Source: Octopus vulgaris
Taxonomy: Eukaryota
Length of the DNA: 64,000 nucleotides
Assembly (NCBI GenBank): GCA_951406725.2
Contig: OX597824.1
Location: forward strand, 99,324,001-99,388,000
Direction: 5' to 3'
Shown: piece by piece, positions 1 to 12,600 of the stretch
Numbering within the stretch: position 1 is the stretch's first letter
Layout of the letters: each line of letters starts with the position of its first letter
Made by a program: the position numbers and the translations under genes
The notes under the pieces: model-generated
What the model was told of the DNA's origin: nothing
Databases searched by the model: none
What the model saw: the letters and a program-made list of their open reading frames with translations, nothing else

Positions 1-221
1 AAGGAGAAAGGACTACAAGTGTAGAATGTGATTAAAGTGACACAACAGGGATGGGGGGAAAAAACCTGATGCTGTCTCTTCTTGAAGACTGAGGGATGGA
101 GAGATGAGGCAGTCTGATGAGTTTTCTCCTTAAAGACTCTATTTTAAGTGATACACCAATAAAACAACACCAGTGATAATTGGGTGGCTCCTATCTGGGC
201 TGAATACTAGAACACAAAGTT

Positions 222-450
222 GGAGAGCTGTCAGAATCGTTAGCACGCTGGGCGAAATGCTTAGCAGTATTTCGTCAGCCGCTATGTTTTGAGTTCAAAT
301 TCCGCCGAGGTCGACTTTGCCTTTCATCCTTTTGGGGTCAATTAAATAAGCACCAGTTACACACTGGGGTCGATGTAATCGACTTAATCCATTTGTCTGT
401 CCTTGTTTGTCCCCTCTATGTTTAGCCCCTTGTGGGTAATAAAGAAATAT
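222..450 (+). mobile_element. tRNA-derived SINE, family A
   Basis: A-box-like GGCAGAATCGTTAGC and B-box-like GAGTTCAAATTC. Near-identical copy at 24747-24980. Confidence 0.85.
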
Positions 451-1472
451 GAATACTAGAATACTTTCTCAAGAAACAAGTGAATTCATCGCTAACAAGA
501 AGCTGTTTGCCAGAGATAACTTTATGGTTCTTGGTTCAATCTCACCCTGAAGTAAATTATTGATGCAGGTCACTTGATTAAGAAGATTGCTTCACAGCTT
601 GGTGGATTTGGGTTCAATCCCAGTGCACGGCAGCTTGGATAAGTGTCTTCTAACATAGCCTCAGTAGAACCAAGGTGTGGAAGGTCATTAGAAAGACTGT
701 TCCTGTCCAAGGGTGGTGGACTTAATCTATCATCTTGGTTTAATAACCCCATCTGGTCCCCAGGTTTCTTTCATGGTGTTCAGTCGGTCATTAACATTCA
801 GGCCACTTTTCTGGTTTAAGAACCACTAACAATGGTAACGGTTCAACCTCAGACAAAACCAAAACATAAACTGAGCTACTTTGGACTCTGTGACTAGTTC
901 AGGTCACCACTCTGGCCATCGTCCACTTTTTGTTGGGCATTACAATATCAAATGACATTGTAGACATGATCTCCAGCCTTGCTGGAAATAGCAGTCAAAT
1001 CTTCTTTAAATAATACTGTACCATCTTGAAAAATGTCCCACTATATAATGGAGTTTGTGATATACTATCTCTGGCAAAAATAGATGAGGTGGTCATAGCT
1101 AGAACGCCTTTGATCATAAACCTTCTCAGGCTCAAGTTAGGGGTTAAACAATGAGAATAAACGAGTATAAAAAGTTAGCATTGGTGAATATTTCAAAAGC
1201 GTATCTGTATTTAAGGTTTGTAAAGATTCGTTTTTCTGTTCTGTATGGAGAACATGTTCAACAGGGTGCGAGGAACGCGATAGACAATGTCAGTTGAACA
1301 TTTTAGAAAATGAGCAGAAGATAATATTGTAGCCAGATCCTTGTATAAGGGACTCTGTTTATCCAAATGGAAAAACGGAAGTTATGTGGTCAGTGAGAGG
1401 AAGGGATTTCAACTCGCTGTAAAAGCACGTGCGTGTGTACACAAATGAATTTAAGTATGTATATGTACACGT

Positions 1473-1517
<45 letters not shown>

Positions 1518-1639
1518 ATCATATCAAAGGGAAATGGAATTTAATTAAAATAAATGGAATTTAATTAAATAAAAAACATTAAATTAAAATTTACATTTCC
1601 AGTGGTCTAATGCGTAAAAAAACTTTAGTCAAAAAGACT

Positions 1640-2427
1640 ATATATTAGTCATACAATATAGTGTATATTTAAACACATAGAGAATCCACTTATCGGAATT
1701 CTACGCGCTAGAAAGAACAGCTAAGTTCTATGACCACAAAAAATTCAGGATAAAATTCGACAGGAATAAATTTGGAAATGAAAAACATTTACTATCTAGT
1801 TTCCTGGAGCAATTGGTTTCTAATCACCTTTTAGCGAGTCATGGAGAACTCACAAGGTTTGATTTTCTTCAGCAGGTCCAACCCAGTGTTAAACATATCC
1901 ACACGAGACAAACAAGGCTACCTGTCTTGTGTTTATACGAACTAACTTTTCAAATTTACTGCGCAGACACAGTCCTTTGTTGGCTACAATAAAAAACTGC
2001 CAACTTATTAACCGAAAATTATCCAAAAACTTACAGTATTTAACCATATCAAAGGGAAATGGAATTTGATTAAAATTAAAAACATTCAATTAAAATTTAC
2101 ATTTCCAGTGGTCTAACACATAAAAAATTTTAGTCAAAAAGACTAAAGTAGGTTAATAAGTTGGCCTTGTTTGTCTCGTGTGGATATGTATAACACTGGG
2201 TTGGACCTGCTGAAGAAAATCAAACCTTGTGAGTTCTCCTTGACTCGCTAAAAGAAGATTAGAAACCAATTGGTCCAGGAAACTAGATGGTAAATGTTTT
2301 TCATTTCCAAATTTATTCCTGTCGAATTTTATCCTGATAGAACTTGGCTGTTCTTTCTAGCGCGTAGAATTCCTATAAGTGGATTCTCTATGTGTTTAAA
2401 TATACACTATATCGTCTGACTTATATA
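1640..2427. mobile_element. Foldback/MITE-like element with ~280 bp inverted arms
   Basis: 1640-1921 is the near reverse complement of 2160-2427, with TA-rich flanks. Confidence 0.8.
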
Positions 2428-2445
2428 TATATATATACACACACA

Positions 2446-3439
2446 CAGTAATGCCTCGATATATAAGTTAACTTGTTCCCAGAAACCATGTTATAAACTG
2501 TACAAATATTTTACCTATAAAATTTATGATACTTGTAAATAAATGGCAATGAAACAACAATAGGATGTAAAGAATATTTGGTGCTACTTTGGCATGTGGT
2601 CTACAAGGAAGATTTCTTTAGGTTACTTTTTAGTTCACTGTTCAATTTCTAAAAAACCATAAGATGCTATCTAGAGATTTTTTACAATGTGATCAGCAAA
2701 GAGATGAAGACAGTTGCATTTTTACAAGAAACCCACACTAAATTCACATCATTTCTTAAGAAAAAGAAAGGTGCCACTTTGGTGTGTGATCTACAATTTA
2801 AAGGGAGATTACTTTGAGTTGCTTTTTAGTTTACTTTGTGTCAGTGCTGCTTTCCATCTGATCTATGTGAGCAAATTTACTTTGGTGGGTGATCTACATG
2901 CTTATTTTAATTTTTATTTGGTTTTCTTATTAAAATAGTAAAAATTTTGAAAAATACATTTACAATGCTAAGTATATACAAAATAGTTTAAAAAGTAACC
3001 TAAAGTAATCTCACTTGTAGATCACACACCAAAGTAGCACTGAATATTTTATGTAAAGTAACAGCAATGTCAAGATCATTTATAATTAAAAAAATATTAT
3101 TATTATTATTATTATTATTATAATCATTTTCTGAATCACTTTCACTCACACTAGACCCGTGCACACCATCACTTGTAGGTACGATCACCAATTCACAAGC
3201 CTTTGTAGATGGACTTGTAGTAGATTTCTTTTTAAAAAACAAGTCTAGAGTTGTTTGCTTAGAAAAATCTTTTCTTTTTTTTTTGCTCTCTTTAAATTTC
3301 TTGGTAACAGGCAGAAACGTATGTTATGGTAGAAGAAATGTTTGCACTTTGTTCAAAATTTGGATTTTGTGCTTAAAAAAATAAAACTTGTAAACCTGGG
3401 GTCTCATAAAATGGGTCTTCATAAAGTGAGGTATTACTG
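2446..3439. mobile_element. Non-autonomous pogo/Tigger-type DNA transposon
   Basis: TIRs CAGTAATGCCTC and GAGGTATTACTG, the latter followed by TA. Internal repeated motif CTTTGGTGTGTGATCTACA occurs in both orientations. Confidence 0.65.
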
Positions 3440-4195
3440 TATGTAGGTATGTAAGTGTGTATGTACATACATACAAATATCATTTAATGTTCATTTTCCG
3501 TGCTAGCATGGGTTGGACGGTTTGGCAGGAGGTAGCCAGCTGGAGTGCTTCCTGGGTTCCATGTCTGTTTTCGCATGGTTTCTATGACTGGATGCCATTG
3601 CTAACATCAACCAAGCAATCGTTCCCTCTTATTAACAGTCAAATATTGAGGCCAACAAATGCAGTACTTTAAGTCTCCTTGTTTTATCTTCCAGTTTACC
3701 AAATTATCATCACAACATCGGACCAGAAAGATGCCAGTATTTCGGATGATGTTTGGTTTATTTTAGAAGGAGACAAACAAACAACTTGCATCATTGAGAA
3801 AATCAAAAATTCTGAGGGAAAATTCTTCCAAAAGTAAGATTTTATCAAAGTTTCATTGCAACAAATATTTTGGTTGTTGATATTTCCAGGAAGTATTTTG
3901 GACATTGAACCACTGGGATTTGAACCACTAAGTCCAGCTTCTATGTGGTAGCTTGACCTACAAAAATAGTATCAATATCTTCCACAAATCATGCAAATTG
4001 TTATTGACAGACAGCAGAACGATTTCTCTCTTTTATTATTATTTTGTGTTTGACTTTTGCTTTGCATTTGTACAAGTTGGCTCCAAGTCTCACCCAGAGA
4101 CCTCAAGAGACAACAGGTTGGAAGTTCGCTTTGGTGTTATGCCTAGGGTGCCATATATTTGGTTTTGTTGCTGTTGAGGAGGAGGAGGAGGAGGA

Positions 4196-4871
4196 GGTAA
4201 CGAGCTGGCTGAATCATTAGCAGACCAGGTAAAATGCTTCATGGCATTTCATTCATCTTTACATTCTGAGGAATTCAAATTCTGCCAAGGTTGACTTTGC
4301 CTTTCATCCTTTTGGGGGTCAATAAATTAAGTAATAGTGAAAACACTGGGGTCAATGTAACTGACTAGTCCCCTTCCTCAAAATTTCAAGCCTTCTGCCT
4401 TTAGTAGAAAGGATTATTGTTATTATTATTATTATTATCATTATTATTATTATTAAGGTGGCGAGCTGGCAGAATTGTTAGCACACTGGGAAAAATGCTT
4501 AGCGGCATTTCATCTTTTACATTCTGAGTTCAAATTCTGCCAAGGTCAGCTTTGCCTTGCATCCTTCAGGGGTCAATGTCATCAACTACACACCTATCCC
4601 AAATTTCAGGCCTTGTGCCTTTAGTAGAAAAGATTATTATTATTATTATTATTATTGCTAAGGTGGTGAGCTGGAAGAATCGTTACTGCATCAGGAAAAC
4701 TGCTTGGCAGTATTTCTTCCTATTTTACATTCTGAGTTCAAATCCTGCCAACGTTGGCTTTGCTTTTCATCTTTTGGGGGTCGGTAACTCAAGTACCAGT
4801 GAGACACTGGGTCGATGTCATTGACCAGTCCCCTCCCCACAAATTTAAAGCTTGTACCTTTAGTAGAAAGG

Positions 4872-4904
<33 letters not shown>

Positions 4905-5100
4905 GAGGCTGTCAAACGTTCCAGGCAAAAGGCTCGTCTGCATTCCATCTGTCCTTTATGTTCTGAGTTCAAATTCCAGCAAGGTAACTTTGCTTTCATC
5001 TGGAGGGAGGATAAGCGATTTATCCCTTCCCTGAAATTGCTGGCCACAATTTGAAACCATTATTATTATTATTATTGCTGTTATTATTGTTGTTGTTGTT
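4196..5100 (+). mobile_element. Tandem array of four family-A SINEs with (ATT)n tails
   Basis: Repeated GAGCTGG..GAAT..TTAGC / TTCAAATTCTGCCAAGGT.GACTTTGC units, separated by (ATT)n at ~4415, 4635, 4875 and 5060. Confidence 0.85.
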
Positions 5101-5110
5101 GTTATTTCAG

Positions 5111-5299
5111 AGGGAAGACTGATGGATTTACTTTCACTTGTCCACCTGTTGGTGAGATAAAGAACTGCTACTTAGGAGCTGTATTCCATACTGGGATGTC
5201 GTCATCATCATCATCATCATCATCATCACATAGATCTTCTAATGCTAACTTCTGGTTGTGTGATCAAATTACAGTGATTGATGAAGTGACAGCCAACAT
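5111..5299 (+). CDS. LOXHD1: Internal exon of multi-PLAT/LH2-domain protein (LOXHD1-like)
   Basis: Acceptor tttcag|a. Translates GKTDGFTFTCPPVGEIKNCYLGAVFHTGMS(poly-S)HRSSNANFWLCDQITVIDEVTAN, the second half of a PLAT domain. The donor at 5300 (gtacac) is weak but matches the phase of the next exon. Confidence 0.75.
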
Positions 5300-5869
5300 G
5301 TACACAGTATTGTTTCAATATTCTACACAACACTTCATTAATTAATGTCAAATACTGATTTTGTTTTATTTTTTGTTCTTCAATTAATTTGAATTCCATT
5401 AAAGATGGAGCAATATTTAGCTTTCACAACTTGCATTTCTCTCAAAACCAGCCTCTTGCATCATCTTCAATGTAATTCCGAATGGATTCTTGTCTACTGC
5501 TGCTTCTTTAATGTGAACCAGATCATTATTCTTTGTTTCTTCCCCCTTCGTCACTACCCTGTCCCTGCCTTGAAAATGCAAAGGGTGTTAGCTATGCCTT
5601 TTTATATTGTAAAACATAAAAGGCACAGCTAACACCACCCAAATCAGAAATGTAAATGAAGGATACTCACCAGTCAGATAATCAATTCATCAGTTATTAT
5701 TTATCTTTGTATAAACAGAAGTCGTTTATCTCACATTTTTCTGGTCAAGGCAACAAGAGTGGAACGATTGCATAATGGTAAATTAAATTTGAGAACAAAC
5801 TGACTTGATATGCCCACTAACAAACATCATCATTATCATCATTGTCGTTGTCATCGTTTAACGTCTGCT

Positions 5870-8430
5870 TTCCATGTTGTTCCATGCAGACCTTTACAGA
5901 CATCTGGTGAGATTAATAGAAGCCAGAAGGTGTGTAAATGTGCCTTGTCTTCAAGAAGTGAGTTGGAAGGCAGCCTCAGCCAAGTTCCTCACAGGCAAAG
6001 AACATAGGTATAAAATCTTCTGGGAAGGCAATGGTGATTGGATAGCTGATGTGGGGCTACTTTTAGCTGATAGATGGGTGGATAAAGGGATGAAGATCGC
6101 CAGAATGTGCAATGGGATGCTTAGACTAGTTTTGTAAAGGAGAACAGCAACTGTTACGTCTGCTTCTGCTCCTCAACTGAAAGAGGCAGACAAACAAAAT
6201 GATCAACTTTACAAAAGCCTTTTTTGTCAACTGTCCCAATTACAAATGGCAGCAAGCTTATCTTCATGTTTGGCAACTTCAATGGAAATGTTGTGTGGCA
6301 TTCGGATGGTTTCCATGGTGTGCTGCTGGTTCCATAGAGTTTGTTCCCAAAATGACCAAATGATCTGCAACACTAACTTCAGGAAACCAACTGGTCACCT
6401 TTTTTTACTTATCAATATGATGGCCACACAAGCTGGATTAGCTACATTCTTGCCAGGTAATGGGATGGTCAGATAGTTGCTCCCAGGTAGAAAATGTACT
6501 TCTCAACATAGGTTAGCCATTATTGACTTGAGACTTCAGGCTAGAAGGACTCCAAGGAGGAAATTAATGTGGAAAAGGAAGATCTGGAAAATTGAGGACC
6601 CCTTGGAAAGTCTGAGATTTAGAGACACAACCCAGAGGATAACTGGAAGTTTCTATGGGACAACTTACTGCGGCCCTAGACCAAATTTGTTGCAGGTACA
6701 AAGTTTCAACCAGACCTAGGATGACATGGTGGTAGAATAGTGAAGTAGACAGTGCCATAACTGCAAAGAAACAGACTTGGAAGAGTATGGGTAGCAGAGA
6801 ACTATTCTAGGGAGCGAGAAGAGAAGCCAAGCAACAGAGATATTTAGCTAGGGGAAAAACAGAAAAGAAGACGTTTGCCAGGGATATGAGGTGCTCCGGA
6901 TTGCAAGACAGTGTGTCGGAAAAAAATCGAGATGTTGAAGGAAAGAAATGTGTTCAGATGGATGATGACGTCCTTGCACTTGGGGATTTTGCAATGAAAG
7001 AGGCATGGAAGTGTTACTGTGAAATACATGGAAGAAGAGGAGGCTTCCTAATGTGGATTCAAGAGAGGGACCAGCTGAGTTGACTGTAGTAAGATAAAAT
7101 AAAGTAATTAAGGATATGAAATTAAGGAAAGCTCCCTGGTCCATTGGGAATTAATGCCAAGATGCTTAGAATATATGGCAGAGCGGGAGTTGGCCTAGTC
7201 AGCAACATTATAGTTAATCGCGTTGTCCAAGAAGGGATCATCCACAATGACTGGTGTAGCAACATTATAGCAAACTGCTGAACTAAGGCATGAAAGTTAT
7301 AGAAAGGGACCAACTAATTAGAGAGTTAACGAGTTGTGATGCAGTTTGGTTTTATATCAGGGAGAAGTGCAACTGCTGGAGAGAAGCATTTAACGAAAAG
7401 TAAACTGGAGAAGGCCATTGAGAGGACACTTCGCTCATCCGATGGTCGATACGGAAGCTGAGAGTAGATTAGTAGCTGCTGAGAGCTGTCCAAGCTCTGT
7501 AGAGGAAAGGTGTTAGTAAGGGGAAAGTCAGCAAAGGGTATAGCAATGAAGTTGAAGTGCAGATCAGGGTTTACCAAGGATCACCTCTCGGCCCCTATTT
7601 GTTTATCATCGTCCTCCAGATTATAACAGAGGAATTTAAAACTAGTTGCCCATGGGAGCTCCTCTAAGCTAATGGCTTTCTCCTTATGGCTGAATTTATG
7701 GTAAATTTGAGGAAAAAAATTTCAGGTGTGAAAGCAAAAACTGGAATCAAAAAACCATAGAGGTTAATTTAGCAAAGACCAAAGTAATACTAAACTGGAA
7801 AGCAGATAATTTACAAATCCCTTGAGGGGAAACGGCTCTGCTTGATATGCAGAAAAGGTGTCGGTCGAAATTCCATATGGGGTACCCAGTGCAAACTGTG
7901 GTCACATGAGATGCAGAGTGGAATTAGAGGAAATGAACACAGAAAGTAGTGTTTGTGTGTGTGGAAGATGTGGAAAATAGGAAGGAAGAACCCACAGGGA
8001 ATGGATTTGCTCAAAGGTCCAGGGGAATCCTTAGACAAAGCAGATAGTTTCCATTACCCGGGTGACCGACTTAGCAGTGGAGGGGGATGTTCTGAAAGCA
8101 TAGTTGCTAGAATAAGAACAGGCTGAGTAACGTTCAGAGAGCTTCTGCCTCTGTTGGTAACCAAGGGCCTCTCGCTCAGAGTGAAAGGCCGATTGCTACC
8201 TGATAGTGACATGTGGACTGAGGATGCAGAGGACATGTGAAGGTTTGAAAGGAATGAAGCCAGCATGTTCCATTAGATTTACAGGGTCGGTGTACATGTA
8301 TGACAAAGTGTGAAAGTTTTAAGAGATGAATTAGATACAAGAAGCATCAGATGTGGTGTGCAAGAGGGGAGTCTGTGCTGGTGGGGTCATGTGATGCATG
8401 GGGATGACAATAGCTGCATAAAGATGTGCT
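5870..8430 (+). mobile_element. Degraded RTE-clade LINE (EN, RT, PHD-like insert)
   Basis: Frameshifted remnants: [46 protein letters not shown], and FHYPGDRLSSGGGCSESIVARIRTG. Confidence 0.75.
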
Positions 8431-8887
8431 TTATTTAAACATGTAACGTTTATACTTGATCGTTGATCATCTGAAAACTTTCAGCCTGCTTCTCTTTTTA
8501 CATGGACATGGATTTTGTACTTTAAAACCCAAGGTTTTTTATGTTTATTTGAATCATTTGTCTCCTTATCTGCTCCCTTGGACACCCCTATGGCCACTCT
8601 TTACCTTGATGACTTGGTCCTTGGTAAAAAAATCAGAGTGCAAATCCTTTGATCGGTGCTGCTAAGTGTTTTCTATATTGAGGTCCTCTCAACCTCATCT
8701 GTTGCCCCTGCATACATAGATTGTATATATATACACATGTATATATGTGTGATGAAATGAATTCAGTCTAATATAGAAATCTCACTAAACTTTATGTGGA
8801 AGGTTTAAACACTTCGTTTATGAAGAACAAAGAGAATTTCTAAACTTGTTTAACATTCAATATTTTTTTCTGTTTGCTGGCCGTCAG

Positions 8888-9006
8888 ATCTATATTTCAA
8901 TGTAATAACTGGGTGAAAGTAACTGAAAAGATGTCCAAAAGTGATTCCGTGAGACTCTGTTTGGTAGAAACAATGCAAGACAAACAACTAACAAAGAAGA
9001 AAAGAA
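8888..9006 (+). CDS. LOXHD1: Internal exon of LOXHD1-like gene
   Basis: cag|a...a|gtaagt. Translates SIFQCNNWVKVTEKMSKSDSVRLCLVETMQDKQLTKKKR, including the FxCxxW PLAT-terminal motif. Phases fit both neighbouring exons. Confidence 0.8.
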
Positions 9007-9641
9007 GTAAGTGTTTTACTAAGTCCATAGCTCTTGATTGAACCACAAGAAATAGCAGCCAAATCACAACCTACAAGTTATTTTCATACAGCGTATGGTA
9101 AGATGTATTGCATAGCAGAGAGTTCTTGTTTTGTTTTGTTTGTTTTTTTAATATAAGCCATGTTTAAGCATCTTTGAAAATGAGTTCTTCATAATTTTGT
9201 TGGTTGAAGGTTCCCAGGTTCAAAGGCACTTCACTCCTTGCACCTCTTAAGCCATAAAAAAACCCACACAAATTGTTGACAGACGAAGCTACCACCATTG
9301 GCAGTTACGCTGCATTGTCCTTGTTGTTGTTGTTGTTGTTGTTAAATAGTTATTCAAAAGTTGGTGTGAGGGTAAAGAGTATTGTTGATGGTGTTGGCAA
9401 TGGCCACAGGGTCCTTCTTAATTGTAGTCAAGACTATTTAGTCTCAAGTCAATATTCATTGACCAAAGATCAAACACATTCAACCCTTAAAATACACGCT
9501 AGGGCTCCATTATTATCTCATGTCCATAATGCCTTTCATTTCACACAGAGTTGCTTATTTTCTTCCTACTACTGTAGCTGCTGCTGTTGTTGTTGTTAGT
9601 TTGGGAATTGCAGCAGTTGTATTGGTTTGGGTGTTGATGCT

Positions 9642-12600
9642 AGGCAGGGAAACAGTGGTGGAGGTTGTTAGAGAGTGAGGCAGGGAAACAGTGGTGGAGG
9701 TCGTTAGAGAGTGAGGCAGGGAAACAGTGGTGGAGGTTGTTAGAGAGTGAGGCAGGGAAACAGTGGTGGAGGTCGTTAGAGAGTGAGGCAGGGAAACAGT
9801 GGTGGAGGTTGTTAGAGAGTGAGGCAGGGAAACAGTGGTGGAGGTTGTTAGAGAGTGAGGCAGGGAAACAGTGGTGGAGGTCGTTAGAGAGTGAGGCAGG
9901 GAAACAGTGGTGGAGGTTGTTAGAGAGTGAGGCAGGGAAACAGTGGTGGAGGTTGTTAGAGAGTGAGGCAGGGAAACAGTGGTGGAGGTCGTTAGAGAGT
10001 GAGGCAGGGAAACAGTGGTGGAGGTCGTTAGAGAGTGAGGCAGGGAAACAGTGGTGGAGGTCGTTAGAGAGTGAGGCAGGGAAACAGTGGTGGAGGTCGT
10101 TAGAGAGTGAGGCAGGGAAACAGTGGTGGAGGTTGTTAGAGAGTGAGGCAGGGAAACAGTGGTGGAGGTCGTTAGAGAGTGAGGCAGGGAAACAGTGGTG
10201 GAGGTCGTTAGAGAGTGAGGCAGGGAAACAGTGGTGGAGGTTGTTAGAGAGTGAGGCAGGGAAACAGTGGTGGAGGTTGTTAGAGAGTGAGGCAGGGAAA
10301 CAGTGGTGGAGGTCGTTAGAGAGTGAGGCAGGGAAACAGTGGTGGAGGTTGTTAGAGAGTGAGGCAGGGAAACAGTGGTGGAGGTTGTTAGAGAGTGAGG
10401 CAGGGAAACAGTGGTGGAGGTCGTTAGAGAGTGAGGCAGGGAAACAGTGGTGGAGGTTGTTAGAGAGTGAGGCAGGGAAACAGTGGTGGAGGTTGTTAGA
10501 GAGTGAGGCAGGGAAACAGTGGTGGAGGTCGTTAGAGAGTGAGGCAGGGAAACAGTGGTGGAGGTTGTTAGAGAGTGAGGCAGGGAAACAGTGGTGGAGG
10601 TTGTTAGAGAGTGAGGCAGGGAAACAGTGGTGGAGGTCGTTAGAGAGTGAGGCAGGGAAACAGTGGTGGAGGTTGTTAGAGAGTGAGGCAGGGAAACAGT
10701 GGTGGAGGTTGTTAGAGAGTGAGGCAGGGAAACAGTGGTGGAGGTCGTTAGAGAGTGAGGCAGGGAAACAGTGGTGGAGGTCGTTAGAGAGTGAGGCAGG
10801 GAAACAGTGGTGGAGGTTGTTAGAGAGTGAGGCAGGGAAACAGTGGTGGAGGTCGTTAGAGAGTGAGGCAGGGAAACAGTGGTGGAGGTTGTTAGAGAGT
10901 GAGGCAGGGAAACAGTGGTGGAGGTTGTTAGAGAGTGAGGCAGGGAAACAGTGGTGGAGGTCGTTAGAGAGTGAGGCAGGGAAACAGTGGTGGAGGTCGT
11001 TAGAGAGTGAGGCAGGGAAACAGTGGTGGAGGTTGTTAGAGAGTGAGGCAGGGAAACAGTGGTGGAGGTCGTTAGAGAGTGAGGCAGGGAAACAGTGGTG
11101 GAGGTCGTTAGAGAGTGAGGCAGGGAAACAGTGGTGGAGGTCGTTAGAGAGTGAGGCAGGGAAACAGTGGTGGAGGTCGTTAGAGAGTGAGGCAGGGAAA
11201 CAGTGGTGGAGGTCAGGGAGGCAGGAACAGTGGTGGAGGTCGTTAGAGAGTGAGGCAGGGAAACAGTGGTGGAGGTCGTTAGAGAGTGAGGCAGGGAAAC
11301 AGAGTCGTTAGAGAGTGAGGCAGGGAAACAGTGGTGGAGGTCGTTAGAGAGTGAGGCAGGGAAACATTGGTGGAGGTCGTTAGAGAGTGAGGCAGGGAAA
11401 CAGTGGTGGAGGTCGTTAGAGAGTGGGGCAGGGAAACAGTGGTGGAGGTCGTTAGAGAGTGAGGCAGGGAAACAGTGGTGGAGGTCGTTAGAGAGTGAGG
11501 CAGGGAAACAGTGGTGGAGGTCGTTAGAGAGTGAGGCAGGGAAACAGTGGTGGAGGTCGTTAGAGAGTGAGGCAGGGAAACAGTGGTGGAGGTTGTTAGA
11601 GAGTGAGGCAGGGAAACAGTGGTGGAGGTCGTTAGAGAGTGAGGCAGGGAAACAGTGGTGGAGGTCGTTAGAGAGTGAGGCAGGGAAACAGTGGTGGAGG
11701 TCGTTAGAGAGTGAGGCAGGGAAACAGTGGTGGAGGTTGTTAGAGAGTGAGGCAGGGAAACAGTGGTGGAGGTAGTTAGAGAGTGAGGCAGGGAAACAGT
11801 GGTGGAGGTAGTTAGAGAGTGAGGCAGGGAAACAGTGGTGGAGGTCGTTAGAGAGTGAGGCAGGGAAACAGTGGTGGAGGTCGTTAGAAAGTGAGGCAGG
11901 GAAACAGTGGTGGAGGTCGTTAGAGAGTGAGGCAGGGAAACAGTGGTGGAGGTCGTTAGAGAGTGAGGCAGGGAAACAGTGGTGGAGGTTGTTAGAGAGT
12001 GAGGCAGGGAAACAGTGGTGGAGGTCGTTAGAGAGTGAGGCAGGGAAACAGTGGTGGAGGTTGTTAGAGAGTGAGGCAGGGAAACAGTGGTGGAGGTTGT
12101 TAGAGAGTGAGGCAGGGAAACAGTGGTGGAGGTTGTTAGATAGTGAGGCAGGGAAACAGTGGTGGAGGTCGTTAGAGAGTGAGGCAGGGAAACAGTGGTG
12201 GAGGTTGTTAGAGAGTGAGGCAGGGAAACAGTGGTGGATGTTGTTAGAGAGTGAGGCAGGGAAACAGTGGTGGAGGTTGTTAGAGAGTGAGGCAGGGAAA
12301 CAGTGGTGGAGGTCGTTAGAGAGTGAGGCAGGGAAACAGTGGTGGAGGTTGTTAGAGAGTGAGGCAGGGAAACAGTGGTGGAGGTTGTTAGAGAGTGAGG
12401 CAGGGAAACAGTGGTGGAGGTTGTTAGAGAGTGAGGCAGGGAAACAGTGGTGGAGGTCGTTAGAGAGTGAGGCAGGGAAACAGTGGTGGAGGTTGTTAGA
12501 GAGTGAGGCAGGGAAACAGTGGTGGAGGTTGTTAGAGAGTGAGGCAGGGAAACAGTGGTGGAGGTCGTTAGAGAGTGAGGCAGGGAAACAGTGGTGGAGG

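Noticed and set aside
222-310. tRNA genes
   Set aside because: The A/B boxes belong to SINE heads followed by SINE bodies and tails; no convincing cloverleaf.
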